This document shows positions 1-10,831 of a stretch of DNA of 64,000 bases, piece by piece. This DNA comes from an uncultured Actinomycetota bacterium (GTDB lineage Bacteria; Actinomycetota; Actinomycetes; JAFAQI01). Position 1 is the first letter of the stretch; the number at the start of each line of letters is the position of its first letter. Position numbers and translations under genes: made by a program. The notes beneath the pieces are model-generated. The model saw nothing but the letters and a program-made list of their open reading frames with translations. It was not told where the DNA came from and made no database searches. The stretch lies in assembly GCA_963770565.1 (NCBI GenBank), contig CAVYQE010000011.1, positions 320,001 to 384,000 of the forward strand. Direction: 5' to 3'.

Positions 1-34
1 CGGCGGTGAAAAGTGAGCACTCAACAATTGGGGA

Positions 35-559
35 GTGATCACTTTGGAGGACTGGGCGCTGATCCGGAGGCTTGCTGCGGAGGGTGTGCCGAAGGCGCGG
101 ATTGCTGATCGGTTGGGGGTCTCTCGGACGACGGTGATCAAGGCGGTGAACTCCGACGCGCCGCCGAGGTATGAACTCAAGCCGGCAGCGACGTCGTTCA
201 CGGTGGTCGAACCAAGGGTGCGCGCGCTGCTCGATGATGTGCCAGACATGCCGGCGACGGTATTGGCTGAGCGGGTGGGGTGGACGGGGTCGATCCGGTG
301 GTTCAGCGAGAACGTGAGACGGCTGCGCCCGGAGCACCGGCCGGTCGATCCGGCTGACCGGATCAGCTGGGCGGCTGGTGACGCTGCACAGTGCGACGTG
401 TGGATCCCGCCGCGCAAGATCCCGCTCGAGGATGGCACCGCCCGGCTGCTGCCGGTGCTGGTGATCACGGCTGCGCACTCGAGGTTCATCACGGGCCGGA
501 TGATCCCGACGCGCAAGACCGAGGACCTGCTGTTGGGCTCGCGGGAGCGCAACGGCTAG
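35..559 (+). mobile_element. istA: IS21-family transposase IstA, 3'-truncated fragment (pseudogene)
   Basis: N-terminal HTH (WALIRRLAAEGVPKARIADRLGVSRTTV), MPATVLAERVGW and AQCDVW (first DDE Asp) as in actinobacterial IS21 IstA. It stops at 174 aa versus ~400 aa for a full IstA. Bases 1-21 (cggcggtgaaaagtgagcact) resemble an IS21 left-end repeat. Confidence 0.8.
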
Positions 560-637
560 CCGCGCGCCGAACTGTTCGACCTAGTCTCGTCGCTGCTGTA
601 CTAACGGGCGGTCGTGGAACTGTCGAGCGGGACCCCC

Positions 638-659
638 GGGCCACATCTGGGCCACATCT
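638..659. repeat. Tandem 11-bp direct repeat GGGCCACATCT x2, possible integrase arm-type sites
   Basis: Exact repeat at 638-648 and 649-659, ~105 bp beyond the 3' end of tRNA-Gly. Confidence 0.5.
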
Positions 660-763
660 CGCGGAAAGCGGCGGGGAATCGCAGTCTCTGGCGGTCAGCG
701 CGACCCATGATGCGGTCGAGCGCAAACCGATGGCGACCTGCGGAAACGCCTTGTAGAGGTCAG

Positions 764-834
764 AGCGGGCGACGGGAATCGAACCCGCATGACCAGCTTG
801 GAAGGCTGGGGCTCTGCCATTGAGCTACGCCCGC
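764..834 (-). tRNA. tRNA-Gly (TCC)
   Basis: Reverse complement GCGGGCGTAGCTCAATGGCAGAGCCCCAGCCTTCCAAGCTGGTCATGCGGGTTCGATTCCCGTCGCCCGCT forms a cloverleaf with anticodon TCC; CCA not encoded. Confidence 0.95.
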
Positions 835-875
835 GCGGTGGATCGTCGTCAGACCCTAGGATCGCAACAACGCCG

Positions 876-951
876 CGGGGCGTAGCGTAGTGGCTAGCGC
901 GCCTGCTTTGGGAGCAGGAGATCGGGAGTTCGAGTCTCCCCGCCCCGACCA
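876..951 (+). tRNA. tRNA-Pro (TGG)
   Basis: CGGGGCGTAGCGTAGTGGCTAGCGCGCCTGCTTTGGGAGCAGGAGATCGGGAGTTCGAGTCTCCCCGCCCCGACCA; anticodon TGG, CCA end; usual position before tig. Confidence 0.95.
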
Positions 952-1001
952 GCAACCGCCCCATCACCACACGCCGCATCTACAGGAGACCGCAGGCCGC
1001 G

Positions 1002-2489
1002 ATGAAGAGCGCCGTCGAGACCCTCAGCCCGACCCGGATCAAGCTGACCGTCGAGGTTCCGTTCGCCGAGCTCGAGCCGGCCGTCGCCGCGGCCTACCGC
1101 AAGGTCGCGCAGCAGGTTCGGGTGAAGGGCTTCCGCCCGGGCAAGGTCCCGCCGCGCATCGTCGACCAGTACGTCGGCCGCGGCACTGTCCTCGACGAGG
1201 CGATGAACGAGGCCGTGCCCTCGCTCTACAGCGCCGCCGTGCGCGAGCAGGAAGTCGACATCATCGGACACCCCGAGATCGAGGTCACCCAGTTCACCGA
1301 TGGCGAGGAGCTGGTCTTCACCGCCGAGGTCGACGTCCGGCCAGAGATCGAGCTCCCCGACTACGACGGGCTGCCGGTGACGGTCGACGACGCCGAGCCG
1401 ACCGACGAGGAGATCTCCGAGCAGCTCCAGGGCCTGCGCGAGCGGTTCGCGACCCTCGCCGGCGTCGAGCGCCCGGCCGAGTCGGGTGACTATGTGGCCG
1501 TCGATCTGGCCGCGACGATCGACGGCGAGCCGATCGAGGACGCCAGCACCAACAACCTCTCGTACGAAGTCGGCAGCAACGGCTTGGTCGAGGGCCTTGA
1601 TGAGGCGATCGTCGGGCTGTCGGTGGGGGAGTCGAGGCAGTTCGCGACGCAGCTGCGCTCCGGCGAACACGGCGGGAGCGATGCCGAGGCGACCGTAACC
1701 ATTCGCGCGGTCAAGTCGAAGCAGGTCCCCGAGCTCGACGACGACTTCGCCCAGACCGCGAGCGAGTTCGACACGATCGACGAGCTGCGCGCCGACATCG
1801 GACAGCGGCTGGCCCGGGTGAAGGCACTGAGCCAGGGCATGCAGGCCCGCGACCGGATCCTCGAGGCGCTGCTGGAGAAAGTCGACGTACCGATCCCTCA
1901 GCACGTGCTCGGCGACGAGGTCTCCTACCGGATGCGTGACCTCGACGAGCAGCTCGAGGCGGCCGGCCTGACCAAGGAGATCTACGCCCAGTCCGAGGGA
2001 CGGACCCCCGAGGACATCGACCAGGAGATCGAGTCGCGGGCGGCGAGCGGGATCAAGGCCCAGTTCGTCCTCGACGCGGTGGCGCGCAAGGAGGAGCTCT
2101 CCGTCGACGAGTCGGACCTGACCGACCAGATCGTCCGCCGGGCCCGGCAGGCCGGCGTACCTGCCGATGCCTACGCCCAGCAGGTGGTCAGCGCCGGGCA
2201 GCTCCCGGCCCTGATGAACGACATCGTCCGGGGCAAGGCCCTCGCGCTGGTGATGGAGCGGGCCACGATCACGGACGCCTCCGGCCGGCCGGTCGATCTC
2301 GACGCCCTCACCGGTTCGGCCGATGATGGGGTCGGTCTCGACGCCGATGAAGGTAGTGACGGCGACGACCGCCCGGACGGCGCGGTCGACGACGAAGCGA
2401 GCATCGAGGAAGCGAGCATCGAGGAAGCGAGCGGCGACGACGCGATCGACGACGAGCCGGGCGATGCCGACCTGATCGTCGACGAGTAG
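1002..2489 (+). CDS. tig: Trigger factor
   Basis: MKSAVETLSPTR start, GFRPGKVP ribosome-binding signature, FKBP domain, position upstream of clpP. Confidence 0.97.
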   Translation: MKSAVETLSPTRIKLTVEVPFAELEPAVAAAYRKVAQQVRVKGFRPGKVPPRIVDQYVGRGTVLDEAMNEAVPSLYSAAVREQEVDIIGHPEIEVTQFTDGEELVFTAEVDVRPEIELPDYDGLPVTVDDAEPTDEEISEQLQGLRERFATLAGVERPAESGDYVAVDLAATIDGEPIEDASTNNLSYEVGSNGLVEGLDEAIVGLSVGESRQFATQLRSGEHGGSDAEATVTIRAVKSKQVPELDDDFAQTASEFDTIDELRADIGQRLARVKALSQGMQARDRILEALLEKVDVPIPQHVLGDEVSYRMRDLDEQLEAAGLTKEIYAQSEGRTPEDIDQEIESRAASGIKAQFVLDAVARKEELSVDESDLTDQIVRRARQAGVPADAYAQQVVSAGQLPALMNDIVRGKALALVMERATITDASGRPVDLDALTGSADDGVGLDADEGSDGDDRPDGAVDDEASIEEASIEEASGDDAIDDEPGDADLIVDE

Positions 2490-2568
2490 CGGTGAACGGC
2501 ACCACGCCCTGAGCGAACACAGGTCGCGACGGCGCCGGTTGAGCGTGAGCGGAGGCTAGTGTCGAGCC

Positions 2569-3189
2569 ATGAGTGATCCGATGCCGGGTGGTCCGGCGAT
2601 GCGGGCCGGGAGCGGCCTGAACCTCACCGACTCGGTCTTCGAGCGGCTGCTGCGCGAGCGGATCGTCTTCCTCGGCAGCCAGGTCGACGACCCGATCGCG
2701 AACCAGATCTGCGCCCAGCTCCTGCTGCTGTCGGCCGAGGATCCCGACCGCGACATCTTCCTCTATATCAACTCGCCTGGCGGCTCGGTCAGCGCCGGCA
2801 TGGCGATCTACGACACGATGCAGTTCGTCACCAACGACGTCGCAACGGTCGCGGTCGGCCTGGCGGCCAGCATGGGTCAGTTCCTGCTGTGTGCGGGCGC
2901 GAAGGACAAGCGCTACGCCACCCCGCACGCGCGGATCATGATGCACCAGCCCTCCGGCGGCATCGGCGGTACGGCGAGCGACATCGCGATCCAGGCCGAG
3001 CAGATGCTCTATACCAAGAAGGTCATGCAGGAGCGGATCGCGTTTCATACCGGGCAGACCGTCGAGCAGATCGAGCGCGACTCCGATCGGGATCGGTGGT
3101 TCACGGCGGACGAGGCCAAGGACTACGGGTTCGTCGACCAGGTGGTGGCGCGCGCTAATCAGGTGCCGAGCGAAGGCGCGGTCTCCTGA
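2569..3189 (+). CDS. clpP1: ATP-dependent Clp protease proteolytic subunit 1
   Basis: [25 protein letters not shown] (catalytic Ser), MMHQP (His). Confidence 0.97.
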   Translation: MSDPMPGGPAMRAGSGLNLTDSVFERLLRERIVFLGSQVDDPIANQICAQLLLLSAEDPDRDIFLYINSPGGSVSAGMAIYDTMQFVTNDVATVAVGLAASMGQFLLCAGAKDKRYATPHARIMMHQPSGGIGGTASDIAIQAEQMLYTKKVMQERIAFHTGQTVEQIERDSDRDRWFTADEAKDYGFVDQVVARANQVPSEGAVS

Positions 3190-3200
3190 CCGGCGCATGG

Positions 3201-3887
3201 ATGTCAGGAGAGACTGAGATGCCACAGCACCCGTACGGCATGGCCGGGCCCGAGATTCAGGGCCGCTACATCCTGCCGACCTTCACCGAGCGGACCAGTT
3301 ACGGCTTCAAGGAGCTCTCGCCGTACACGAAGCTGTTCGAGGAGCGGATCATCTTCCTCGGCGTGCAGATCGACGACGCCTCGGCGGACGACGTGATGGC
3401 GCAGCTGCTCTGCCTCGAGCAGATGGATCCCGACCGCGACATCTCGATCTACATCAACTCCCCGGGCGGGTCGTTCACGGCGCTGACCGCGATCTACGAC
3501 TGCATGCAGTTCATCCGGCCCGAGATCCAGACCGTCTGCCTCGGCCAGGCCGCGTCTGCCGCCGCCGTACTGCTGGCGGCCGGTACGCCGGGCAAGCGGC
3601 TCGCCCTGCCCAACTCGCGGATCCTGATCCACCAGCCCTACAGCGAGGGTGGCGGCCAGAGCAGCGACATCGAGATCCAGGCTCGCGAGATCATGCGGAT
3701 GCGGGCGCTGCTCGAGACCTTCATCTCGCGGCACTCGGGGCGCAGCATTGAGCAGGTCAAGGAAGACATCGAACGCGACAAGATCCTGACCGCGGACGAG
3801 GCGGTCGAATACGGCCTGGTCGATGAGGTCGTCCGCAGCCGCAAGCTGTCGGCCGTGCCCACCCCCAAGCCGGTCGAATCGAGCTGA
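3201..3887 (+). CDS. clpP2: ATP-dependent Clp protease proteolytic subunit 2
   Basis: [33 protein letters not shown]. Confidence 0.97.
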   Translation: MSGETEMPQHPYGMAGPEIQGRYILPTFTERTSYGFKELSPYTKLFEERIIFLGVQIDDASADDVMAQLLCLEQMDPDRDISIYINSPGGSFTALTAIYDCMQFIRPEIQTVCLGQAASAAAVLLAAGTPGKRLALPNSRILIHQPYSEGGGQSSDIEIQAREIMRMRALLETFISRHSGRSIEQVKEDIERDKILTADEAVEYGLVDEVVRSRKLSAVPTPKPVESS

Positions 3888-4063
3888 TCGGCTAGCCCAT
3901 CCGGCCGATTCGAACGGCGACACGCCCGGCTGGGTACTGGCCAGTGTCGGTTTAGGGGGGACGATGTCGGTTCGGCGCGGTACCGTCGTATGTGGGCCTC
4001 GGCAGCTGCCGGGGGTCAGCATGAGCACGAGCCTTGATCGACCACGAACGCGGAGGGCATCGG

Positions 4064-5335
<1,272 letters not shown>

Positions 5336-5337
5336 CT

Positions 5338-5592
5338 CGGCTCAGGCCTCCGCTGGCTGCGTTCTCCCTCGCTTGCGTGCTTCAGCACGCGGCGCTCACT
5401 GCGGCCTTGCCAGCGGGCACCTGAGCCGCGCTCATTCGTTCGGTTAGGTCAGGTCCCGCTGGCGGCGATCTCCCTCGCTTGTGTGCTTCAGCACGCGGCG
5501 CTCAGTGCGGCCTTGCCAGCGGGCACCTGAGCCGCGCTCATTCGTTCGGTTAGGTCAGGTCCCGCTGGCGGCGATCTCCCTCGCTTGTGTGC
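5338..5592. repeat. 106-bp tandem repeat (~2.2 copies) built from alternating inverted hairpin arms (REP/BIME-like)
   Basis: TCTCCCTCGCTTG recurs at 5363, 5469 and 5575; arms GCCAGCGGGCACCTGA / TCAGGTCCCGCTGGC are near-complementary. Confidence 0.85.
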
Positions 5593-5616
5593 CGCACCGG
5601 CAACGCTGCTGACCCT

Positions 5617-5706
5617 TAGCCCCACCGATGGGCCATGCGTGTGGCTATAGCCCCACCGATGGGCCATGCGTGTGGCTATAGCCCCACCGATGGGCCATGC
5701 GTGTGG
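5617..5706. repeat. 31-bp palindromic repeat array A (3 tandem units)
   Basis: TAGCCCCACCGATGGGCCATGCGTGTGGCTA at 5617, 5648 and 5679 (last unit partial). Confidence 0.95.
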
Positions 5707-5886
5707 TGAGGTTCTCATCGCGCCTAGCCGGTGATGGCGGGCGCCGGCTCAAATGAAGCCGCGGCGAGCAATCGGCCAACTCGCCCACCAGTTTGCTCAT
5801 CATCGGCGAAGGCCGCGACGGGCAATGCGGTGTCAGCGGCGTTCGGGCGCGTCGTTGTTAGGCCCGAGCCGAGCGAAGGGAGTCCG

Positions 5887-6282
5887 ATGAACTCGGACGA
5901 CAGGTGGCTGGCAAGTGTCGAGGCGGGCCATCCGCATGGTGGATTCGGCCACCGCGAGCACCTCCGACTGGCGTGGCTGGCGCTCGACCGCGAGCCGTCC
6001 GTGGACGCCGCCGCCCGCCGGGTCTCGACTGCCGTCGAGTTGCTCGCCCGCCGGCATGGGCGCCCCCAGCGCTACAACCGCACGGTCACCGATGCGTGGG
6101 TCCGGATCCTCGCCCACTGCCGCCACGCAGAGCCGGGCTCTGACTTCGATGAGGTGCTCACCCGCCGGCCCTGGCTGTTCGACAAGCAGCTGCTGCTCCG
6201 CCACTACAGTTCGCGGGTCCTGGCGAGCAAGCGAGCGCGGACCGAATGGGTCGAGCCCGACCTGGCTGATATCCCGGCGTGA
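5887..6282 (+). CDS. Conserved hypothetical protein (FxHxxHLRLAW ... YNxTVTxAW type)
   Basis: ATG after an AAGGGAG RBS; motif pattern of a small uncharacterised family ending in WVEPDL. Confidence 0.65.
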   Translation: MNSDDRWLASVEAGHPHGGFGHREHLRLAWLALDREPSVDAAARRVSTAVELLARRHGRPQRYNRTVTDAWVRILAHCRHAEPGSDFDEVLTRRPWLFDKQLLLRHYSSRVLASKRARTEWVEPDLADIPA

Positions 6283-6327
6283 GCTTGACGGCCGAGCGGT
6301 AGGTTCGCCGGCTCCGGTCTCACCGCG

Positions 6328-8871
6328 TCACATGGTGACGTCGACGGAGACCGCACCGCCCTCGGTGGGCTCGAAGCTGATCGCCTCGATCTTGCCCGCG
6401 CTGGCAAGATCGTCGCTCGCCAAGCGAATCAGATCGAGATCGGACGTGGTGCCCCGCACCACGGCGCGCAACACTGGAGTGCGCATCGACACCTGGGCGG
6501 TCGACTTCGCGCCTCGCACCTGCGAGAGCGCGACACCGACGAGGGTCAGCAGCGTGGGTTCCGTGCCGACCACGCTGCTGACCCTCACCTCGTCAGCAAT
6601 GGGCCAGCTCGCGCGGTGGATCGAGCCTTCCTTCCACCACGACCAGACCTCCTCGGTGACGTAGGGCATGAACGGCGCGAATAGTCGAAGCAGCACGTCG
6701 AGCGCGGTACCAAGAGCGGCGCGAGCCGAGGCCACGCCCGCGTCGCCGCGCGAGCCGTACGCCCGCTCCTTGACCAGCTCCACGTAGTCGTCGCAGAAGG
6801 TCCAGAAGAACGTCTCGGTGGTCTCCAAGGCACGGGTGTAGTCGTAGCCGGCGAGGGAGCTCGTGGCGTCCTCGACCACCGTCTCGAGCTGGGCGAGCAT
6901 TGCGGCATCGAGGGGATCGGTCACCGCGCCGAGGTCCGGGGTGGCGCCCATCGACAGGGCGAACTTCGAGGCGTTGAGCACCTTGATCGCGAGCCGCCGG
7001 CCGACCTTCATCTGGGTCTCGTCGAACGGAGTGTCGGTGCCGGGCCGGGTGGTCGCCGCCCGCCAGCGCACCGCGTCCGACCCGTACGTCGAGAGGATCT
7101 CGGCGGGTCCGACCTCGGCGTTGCCCTTGGACTTGCTGATCTTCTCCCGCTTGGGGTCGACGACGAAGCCGGAGATCGCGGCGTGCGCCCACGGCAGGAC
7201 GTCGTGCTCGAGGTGGCTTCGCACCACAGTGGCGAACAACCAGGTGCGGATGATGTCGTGCGCCTGCGGCCGCAGGTCCATCGGGAAGACCCGCGGGAAC
7301 AGGTCCTCGTCCCGTCCCCAGCCACTCGTGATCTGCGGCGACAGCGACGACGTCGCCCAGGTGTCCATGACGTCCGGGTCGCCGATGAAACCGCCCGGCG
7401 CACCGCGCTGTGACTCGTCGTACCCGGGTGGGCACTCGCTGGACGGGTCGACCGGCAGGGCCGCCTCGTCCGCGGTGACCGGGTGGTCGTAGTCGGGCTC
7501 GCCCTCGGCGTCGAGGCGGTACCAGATCGGGAACGGGACGCCGAAGTAGCGCTGCCGGCTGACCAGCCAGTCACCGGCGAGCCCCTCGACCCAGTTCTCG
7601 TATCGGGTCTGCATGTACGTCGGGTGCCAGTCCAGGTCGCGGCCACGCTTCAGCAGCGCCTCGCGGAGCTCGGGATCGCGACCACCGTTGCGGATGTACC
7701 ACTGCCGCGACGTCACGATCTCCAGCGGCCGGTCGCCCTTCTCGTAGAACTTCACCGGGTGGGTGATCGGCTTCGGCTCGCCCTCGAGCGCTCCGGACTC
7801 GCGCAGCATCGAGACGATCTCCTCGCGAGCCGAGAACACGGTCTTGCCCGCAACCCGGGAGTATGCGGCGTCGTCCACCTCCGCGGGCGGCTCGGCGAGC
7901 AGCCGGCCGTCGACCCCGATGATCGCGCGGGTCGGCAGCTGCAGCTCGCGCCACCAGATCACGTCGGTCAGATCGCCGAACGTGCAGATCATCGCGATGC
8001 CGGTCCCCTTGTCGGGGGCGGCGAGGCGATGTGCGAGGACCGGCACCTCCACGCCGAACAACGGCGTGCGGACGGACCGGCCGAACAGCGGCTGGTAGCG
8101 CTCGTCGTCGGGGTGGGCGACGAGGGCGACGCAGGCCGGGATCAGCTCAGGCCGGGTGGTCTCGATCCGGACCGGCTCGCCGCCGTCCACCCGCGCGAAT
8201 GCGATCCGGTGGTACGCACCGGGCGCCTCGCGGTCCTGGAGCTCGGCCTGCGCGACGGCGGTGCGGAATGTGATGTCCCACAGCGTCGGTGCCTCGGCCT
8301 GGTACGCCTCGCCCCTGGCCAGGTTGTGGAGGAACCCTCGTTGGGCCACGGCTCGGGCCTGGTGCCCGATCGTCGTATAGGTGTGGTTCCAGTCGACCGA
8401 CAGGCCGAGCTGACGCCACAGTGCCTCGTACCGCTTCTCGTCCTCCAGCGTCAGCTCCTCGCAGAGCTCGACGAAGTTGCGTCGCGAGATCGACTCCTGG
8501 TCCTTCGCGGCCTTGGCCTCGCCGTGGTACCGCGGCTCGTAAACCGGGTCGTACGCAAGCGACGGGTCGCAGCGCACGCCGTAGAAGTTCTGCACCCGGC
8601 GCTCGGTCGGCAGGCCGTTGTCGTCGAAGCCGATCGGGTAGAAGACCTCGCGGCCGCGCATCCGCTGGAAGCGGGCGATCAGGTCAGTGTGGGTGTAGGA
8701 GAAGACGTGTCCAACGTGGAGGGCACCGCTGACGGTCGGTGGCGGGGTGTCGATCGAGTAGATCTCACCGCGCTCGCGGGTGCGGTCAAACCGGTAGGTC
8801 CCCTGGATCTCCCACGTCGCCGACCATTTGGCTTCGAGGCCGTCGAGGGTCGGCTTCTCAGGAACGCTCAC
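6328..8871 (-). CDS. valS: Valine--tRNA ligase (short type lacking the long C-terminal coiled coil)
   Basis: DTPPPTVSGALHVGH (HIGH motif), DWLVSRQRYFG, DVMDTW, KISKS (KMSKS motif). Confidence 0.95.
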   Translation of the reverse strand: MSVPEKPTLDGLEAKWSATWEIQGTYRFDRTRERGEIYSIDTPPPTVSGALHVGHVFSYTHTDLIARFQRMRGREVFYPIGFDDNGLPTERRVQNFYGVRCDPSLAYDPVYEPRYHGEAKAAKDQESISRRNFVELCEELTLEDEKRYEALWRQLGLSVDWNHTYTTIGHQARAVAQRGFLHNLARGEAYQAEAPTLWDITFRTAVAQAELQDREAPGAYHRIAFARVDGGEPVRIETTRPELIPACVALVAHPDDERYQPLFGRSVRTPLFGVEVPVLAHRLAAPDKGTGIAMICTFGDLTDVIWWRELQLPTRAIIGVDGRLLAEPPAEVDDAAYSRVAGKTVFSAREEIVSMLRESGALEGEPKPITHPVKFYEKGDRPLEIVTSRQWYIRNGGRDPELREALLKRGRDLDWHPTYMQTRYENWVEGLAGDWLVSRQRYFGVPFPIWYRLDAEGEPDYDHPVTADEAALPVDPSSECPPGYDESQRGAPGGFIGDPDVMDTWATSSLSPQITSGWGRDEDLFPRVFPMDLRPQAHDIIRTWLFATVVRSHLEHDVLPWAHAAISGFVVDPKREKISKSKGNAEVGPAEILSTYGSDAVRWRAATTRPGTDTPFDETQMKVGRRLAIKVLNASKFALSMGATPDLGAVTDPLDAAMLAQLETVVEDATSSLAGYDYTRALETTETFFWTFCDDYVELVKERAYGSRGDAGVASARAALGTALDVLLRLFAPFMPYVTEEVWSWWKEGSIHRASWPIADEVRVSSVVGTEPTLLTLVGVALSQVRGAKSTAQVSMRTPVLRAVVRGTTSDLDLIRLASDDLASAGKIEAISFEPTEGGAVSVDVTM

Positions 8872-8909
8872 AGCGCACGAGTCTAGGAGTCAGCTCTAGC
8901 ATCGTGCCC

Positions 8910-10253
8910 GTGACTTTCGGCGAGGTCGATCCGCTGGCGCGGGTCGAGAAGGTGCTCGAGGAGCGGTTCCCGACCCGGATGGTTCCGGACCTCGACCGGA
9001 TCGTCGACCTGCTTCGCCTGCTCGGCGACCCTCAGCTCAGCTATCCGTCGATCCACATCACCGGCACCAACGGCAAGACCTCGACCGCGCGGATGATCGA
9101 CGCCCTGCTGCGCGAGCTCGGCCTCCGGACCGGCCGCTACACCTCGCCGCACCTCGAGAGCGTGACCGAGCGGATCTGTGTCGACGGCGAACCGCTGTCC
9201 GACGAACGCTTCGCCGAGGAGTACGACGAGGTCGCGCCGTTCGCTGAGATCGTCGATGGCCGCCACCCCGACCGGGTCACCTTCTTCGAGCTCCTGACCG
9301 CGATGGGGTTCGCCGCCTTCGCCGATGCCCCGGTCGATGCCGCTGTGGTCGAGGTCGGGCTGGGCGGACGCTGGGACGCGACCAACGTCGTGAATGCCCC
9401 GGTGGCGGTCGTCCTGCCGATCAGCCTCGACCACGTGGGGATCCTCGGCCCGACGATCGAAGCCATCGCCATCGAGAAGGCCGGCCTCATCCACGAGGGT
9501 GCAACCGTGATCTGCGCGATCCAGCCCGAGGATGTCGTGCGGGTGCTCGTGGAGCGCGCCGCCATGGTCGGGGCGACGATCCTCGCCGAAGGGCTGACCT
9601 TCGGGGTGCGTACCCGCTCGGTGGCGGTCGGCGGTCAGCTGCTCGAGCTGCAAGGTCTCGCCGGCGTGTACCACGACATCTTCCTGCCGCTTCATGGCGC
9701 GCATCAGGCCGGCAACGCCGCCTGCGCGCTGGCGGCGGTCGAGGCGTTCCTCGGGGCAGCCGACCGGGAGCCGCTCGATGCCGACCTGGTCCGGGCCGCC
9801 TTCGCCAAGGTCAGCTCGCCCGGCCGGCTCGAGGTCCTCCGGCGCAACCCGACGGTGTTGATCGACGGGGCACACAACCCCGCCGGAGCCGGCGCGTTGG
9901 CGGCCGCCTTGCAGGACGCGTTCACCTTCGACCAGCTGGTCGCGGTGGTGGCGATCCTCGACGACAAGGACGCAGCCGGTGTACTGGCCGAGCTCGAACC
10001 GGTCGTCACCTCGGTCGTCGCGACCACCAACTCCTCGCCCCGGGCGATGCCGGCGGCCGTGCTCGCGGAGGTGGCGCGGGACGTTTTCGGGCCCGACCGG
10101 GTCGAGGTCAGGGACCGGCTCGACGACGCGATCGACCTCGCCGTTGCGAAGGCGGAGAGCGACGCAGCGCTGGGTGGAGCCGGCGTGATCGTGACCGGGT
10201 CGATCGTGACCGTCGGCGAGGCCCGGCACCTGCTGCGGGGGCCCGGACGGTGA
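8910..10253 (+). CDS. folC: Folylpolyglutamate synthase/dihydrofolate synthase
   Basis: HITGTNGKTS, YTSPHL, EVGLGGRWDATN, DGAHNP; start GTG 8910 (or 8904). Confidence 0.95.
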   Translation: MTFGEVDPLARVEKVLEERFPTRMVPDLDRIVDLLRLLGDPQLSYPSIHITGTNGKTSTARMIDALLRELGLRTGRYTSPHLESVTERICVDGEPLSDERFAEEYDEVAPFAEIVDGRHPDRVTFFELLTAMGFAAFADAPVDAAVVEVGLGGRWDATNVVNAPVAVVLPISLDHVGILGPTIEAIAIEKAGLIHEGATVICAIQPEDVVRVLVERAAMVGATILAEGLTFGVRTRSVAVGGQLLELQGLAGVYHDIFLPLHGAHQAGNAACALAAVEAFLGAADREPLDADLVRAAFAKVSSPGRLEVLRRNPTVLIDGAHNPAGAGALAAALQDAFTFDQLVAVVAILDDKDAAGVLAELEPVVTSVVATTNSSPRAMPAAVLAEVARDVFGPDRVEVRDRLDDAIDLAVAKAESDAALGGAGVIVTGSIVTVGEARHLLRGPGR

Positions 10254-10633
10254 GCAACGGCTCGGCCGCGAACGGCTCGGGCGCACCTGGACCGAGCGGC
10301 GCGGGCGAGGCGCCGCGCGGTCTCTACGCGATCGGCTCGGCGGGGCTGGCGATCGAGGCGATCGTCCTGCTGCTCGCCGGGCCGGCGGTGCTCAGCCTCG
10401 AGCGCGGTCACGTCTCGGCGCTTCGGGTCGGCTACCTGTTTGCGCTCGCAGTCCTGCTGATCATCGCTGCGGCCCGGCTCCGCAAGCGCGGCGGGAAGGT
10501 GTTCGCGACCGCGCTGCAGGTGCTGGTCGTCGCGGGCGGGGTGGTCACCTGGCCGATGTACGTCGTGGGGCTCGCGTTTGCCGCGATCTGGATCTACTGG
10601 TTGCGGCTGTGGCCGCGCACCCGCCCGACCTGA
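10250..10633 (+). CDS. DUF4233-like small membrane protein
   Basis: Four hydrophobic segments; conserved position between folC and ndk in actinobacteria. Confidence 0.75.
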   Translation: MSNGSAANGSGAPGPSGAGEAPRGLYAIGSAGLAIEAIVLLLAGPAVLSLERGHVSALRVGYLFALAVLLIIAAARLRKRGGKVFATALQVLVVAGGVVTWPMYVVGLAFAAIWIYWLRLWPRTRPT

Positions 10634-10654
10634 CCGACCCGCCGGCCCCACCCG

Positions 10655-10744
10655 CCACATACGCATGGCCCATTGGTGGCGCTATAGCCCCACCAATGGG
10701 CCATCAGTGGGGCGATAGCCCCACCAATGGGCCATCCGTGGGGC
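10655..10744. repeat. 31-bp palindromic repeat array B (1 inverted + 2 forward units)
   Basis: ACGCATGGCCCATTGGTGGCGCTA|TAGCCCCACCAATGGGCCATCAGTGGGGCGA|TAGCCCCACCAATGGGCCATCCGTGGGGC. Confidence 0.95.
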
Positions 10745-10831
10745 CGTCCACATGAGCTGGAGGCAGCGCGGCCGTCCACTGCTCGTGGTCGGCTCAGCTG
10801 CGGTCAGGCGGCCGTGGCTGATTGTGGACCC

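Noticed and set aside
5617-5706. 31-bp tandem repeats as a CRISPR array
   Set aside because: Units abut directly with no unique spacers, arrays have only 2-3 units, and there are no cas genes.
10727-10831. ORF-track N-terminal extensions starting in repeat arrays (10727, 11807, 20524, 27926)
   Set aside because: These start codons lie inside repeat units; family similarity begins at the downstream starts used above (20524 remains possible).
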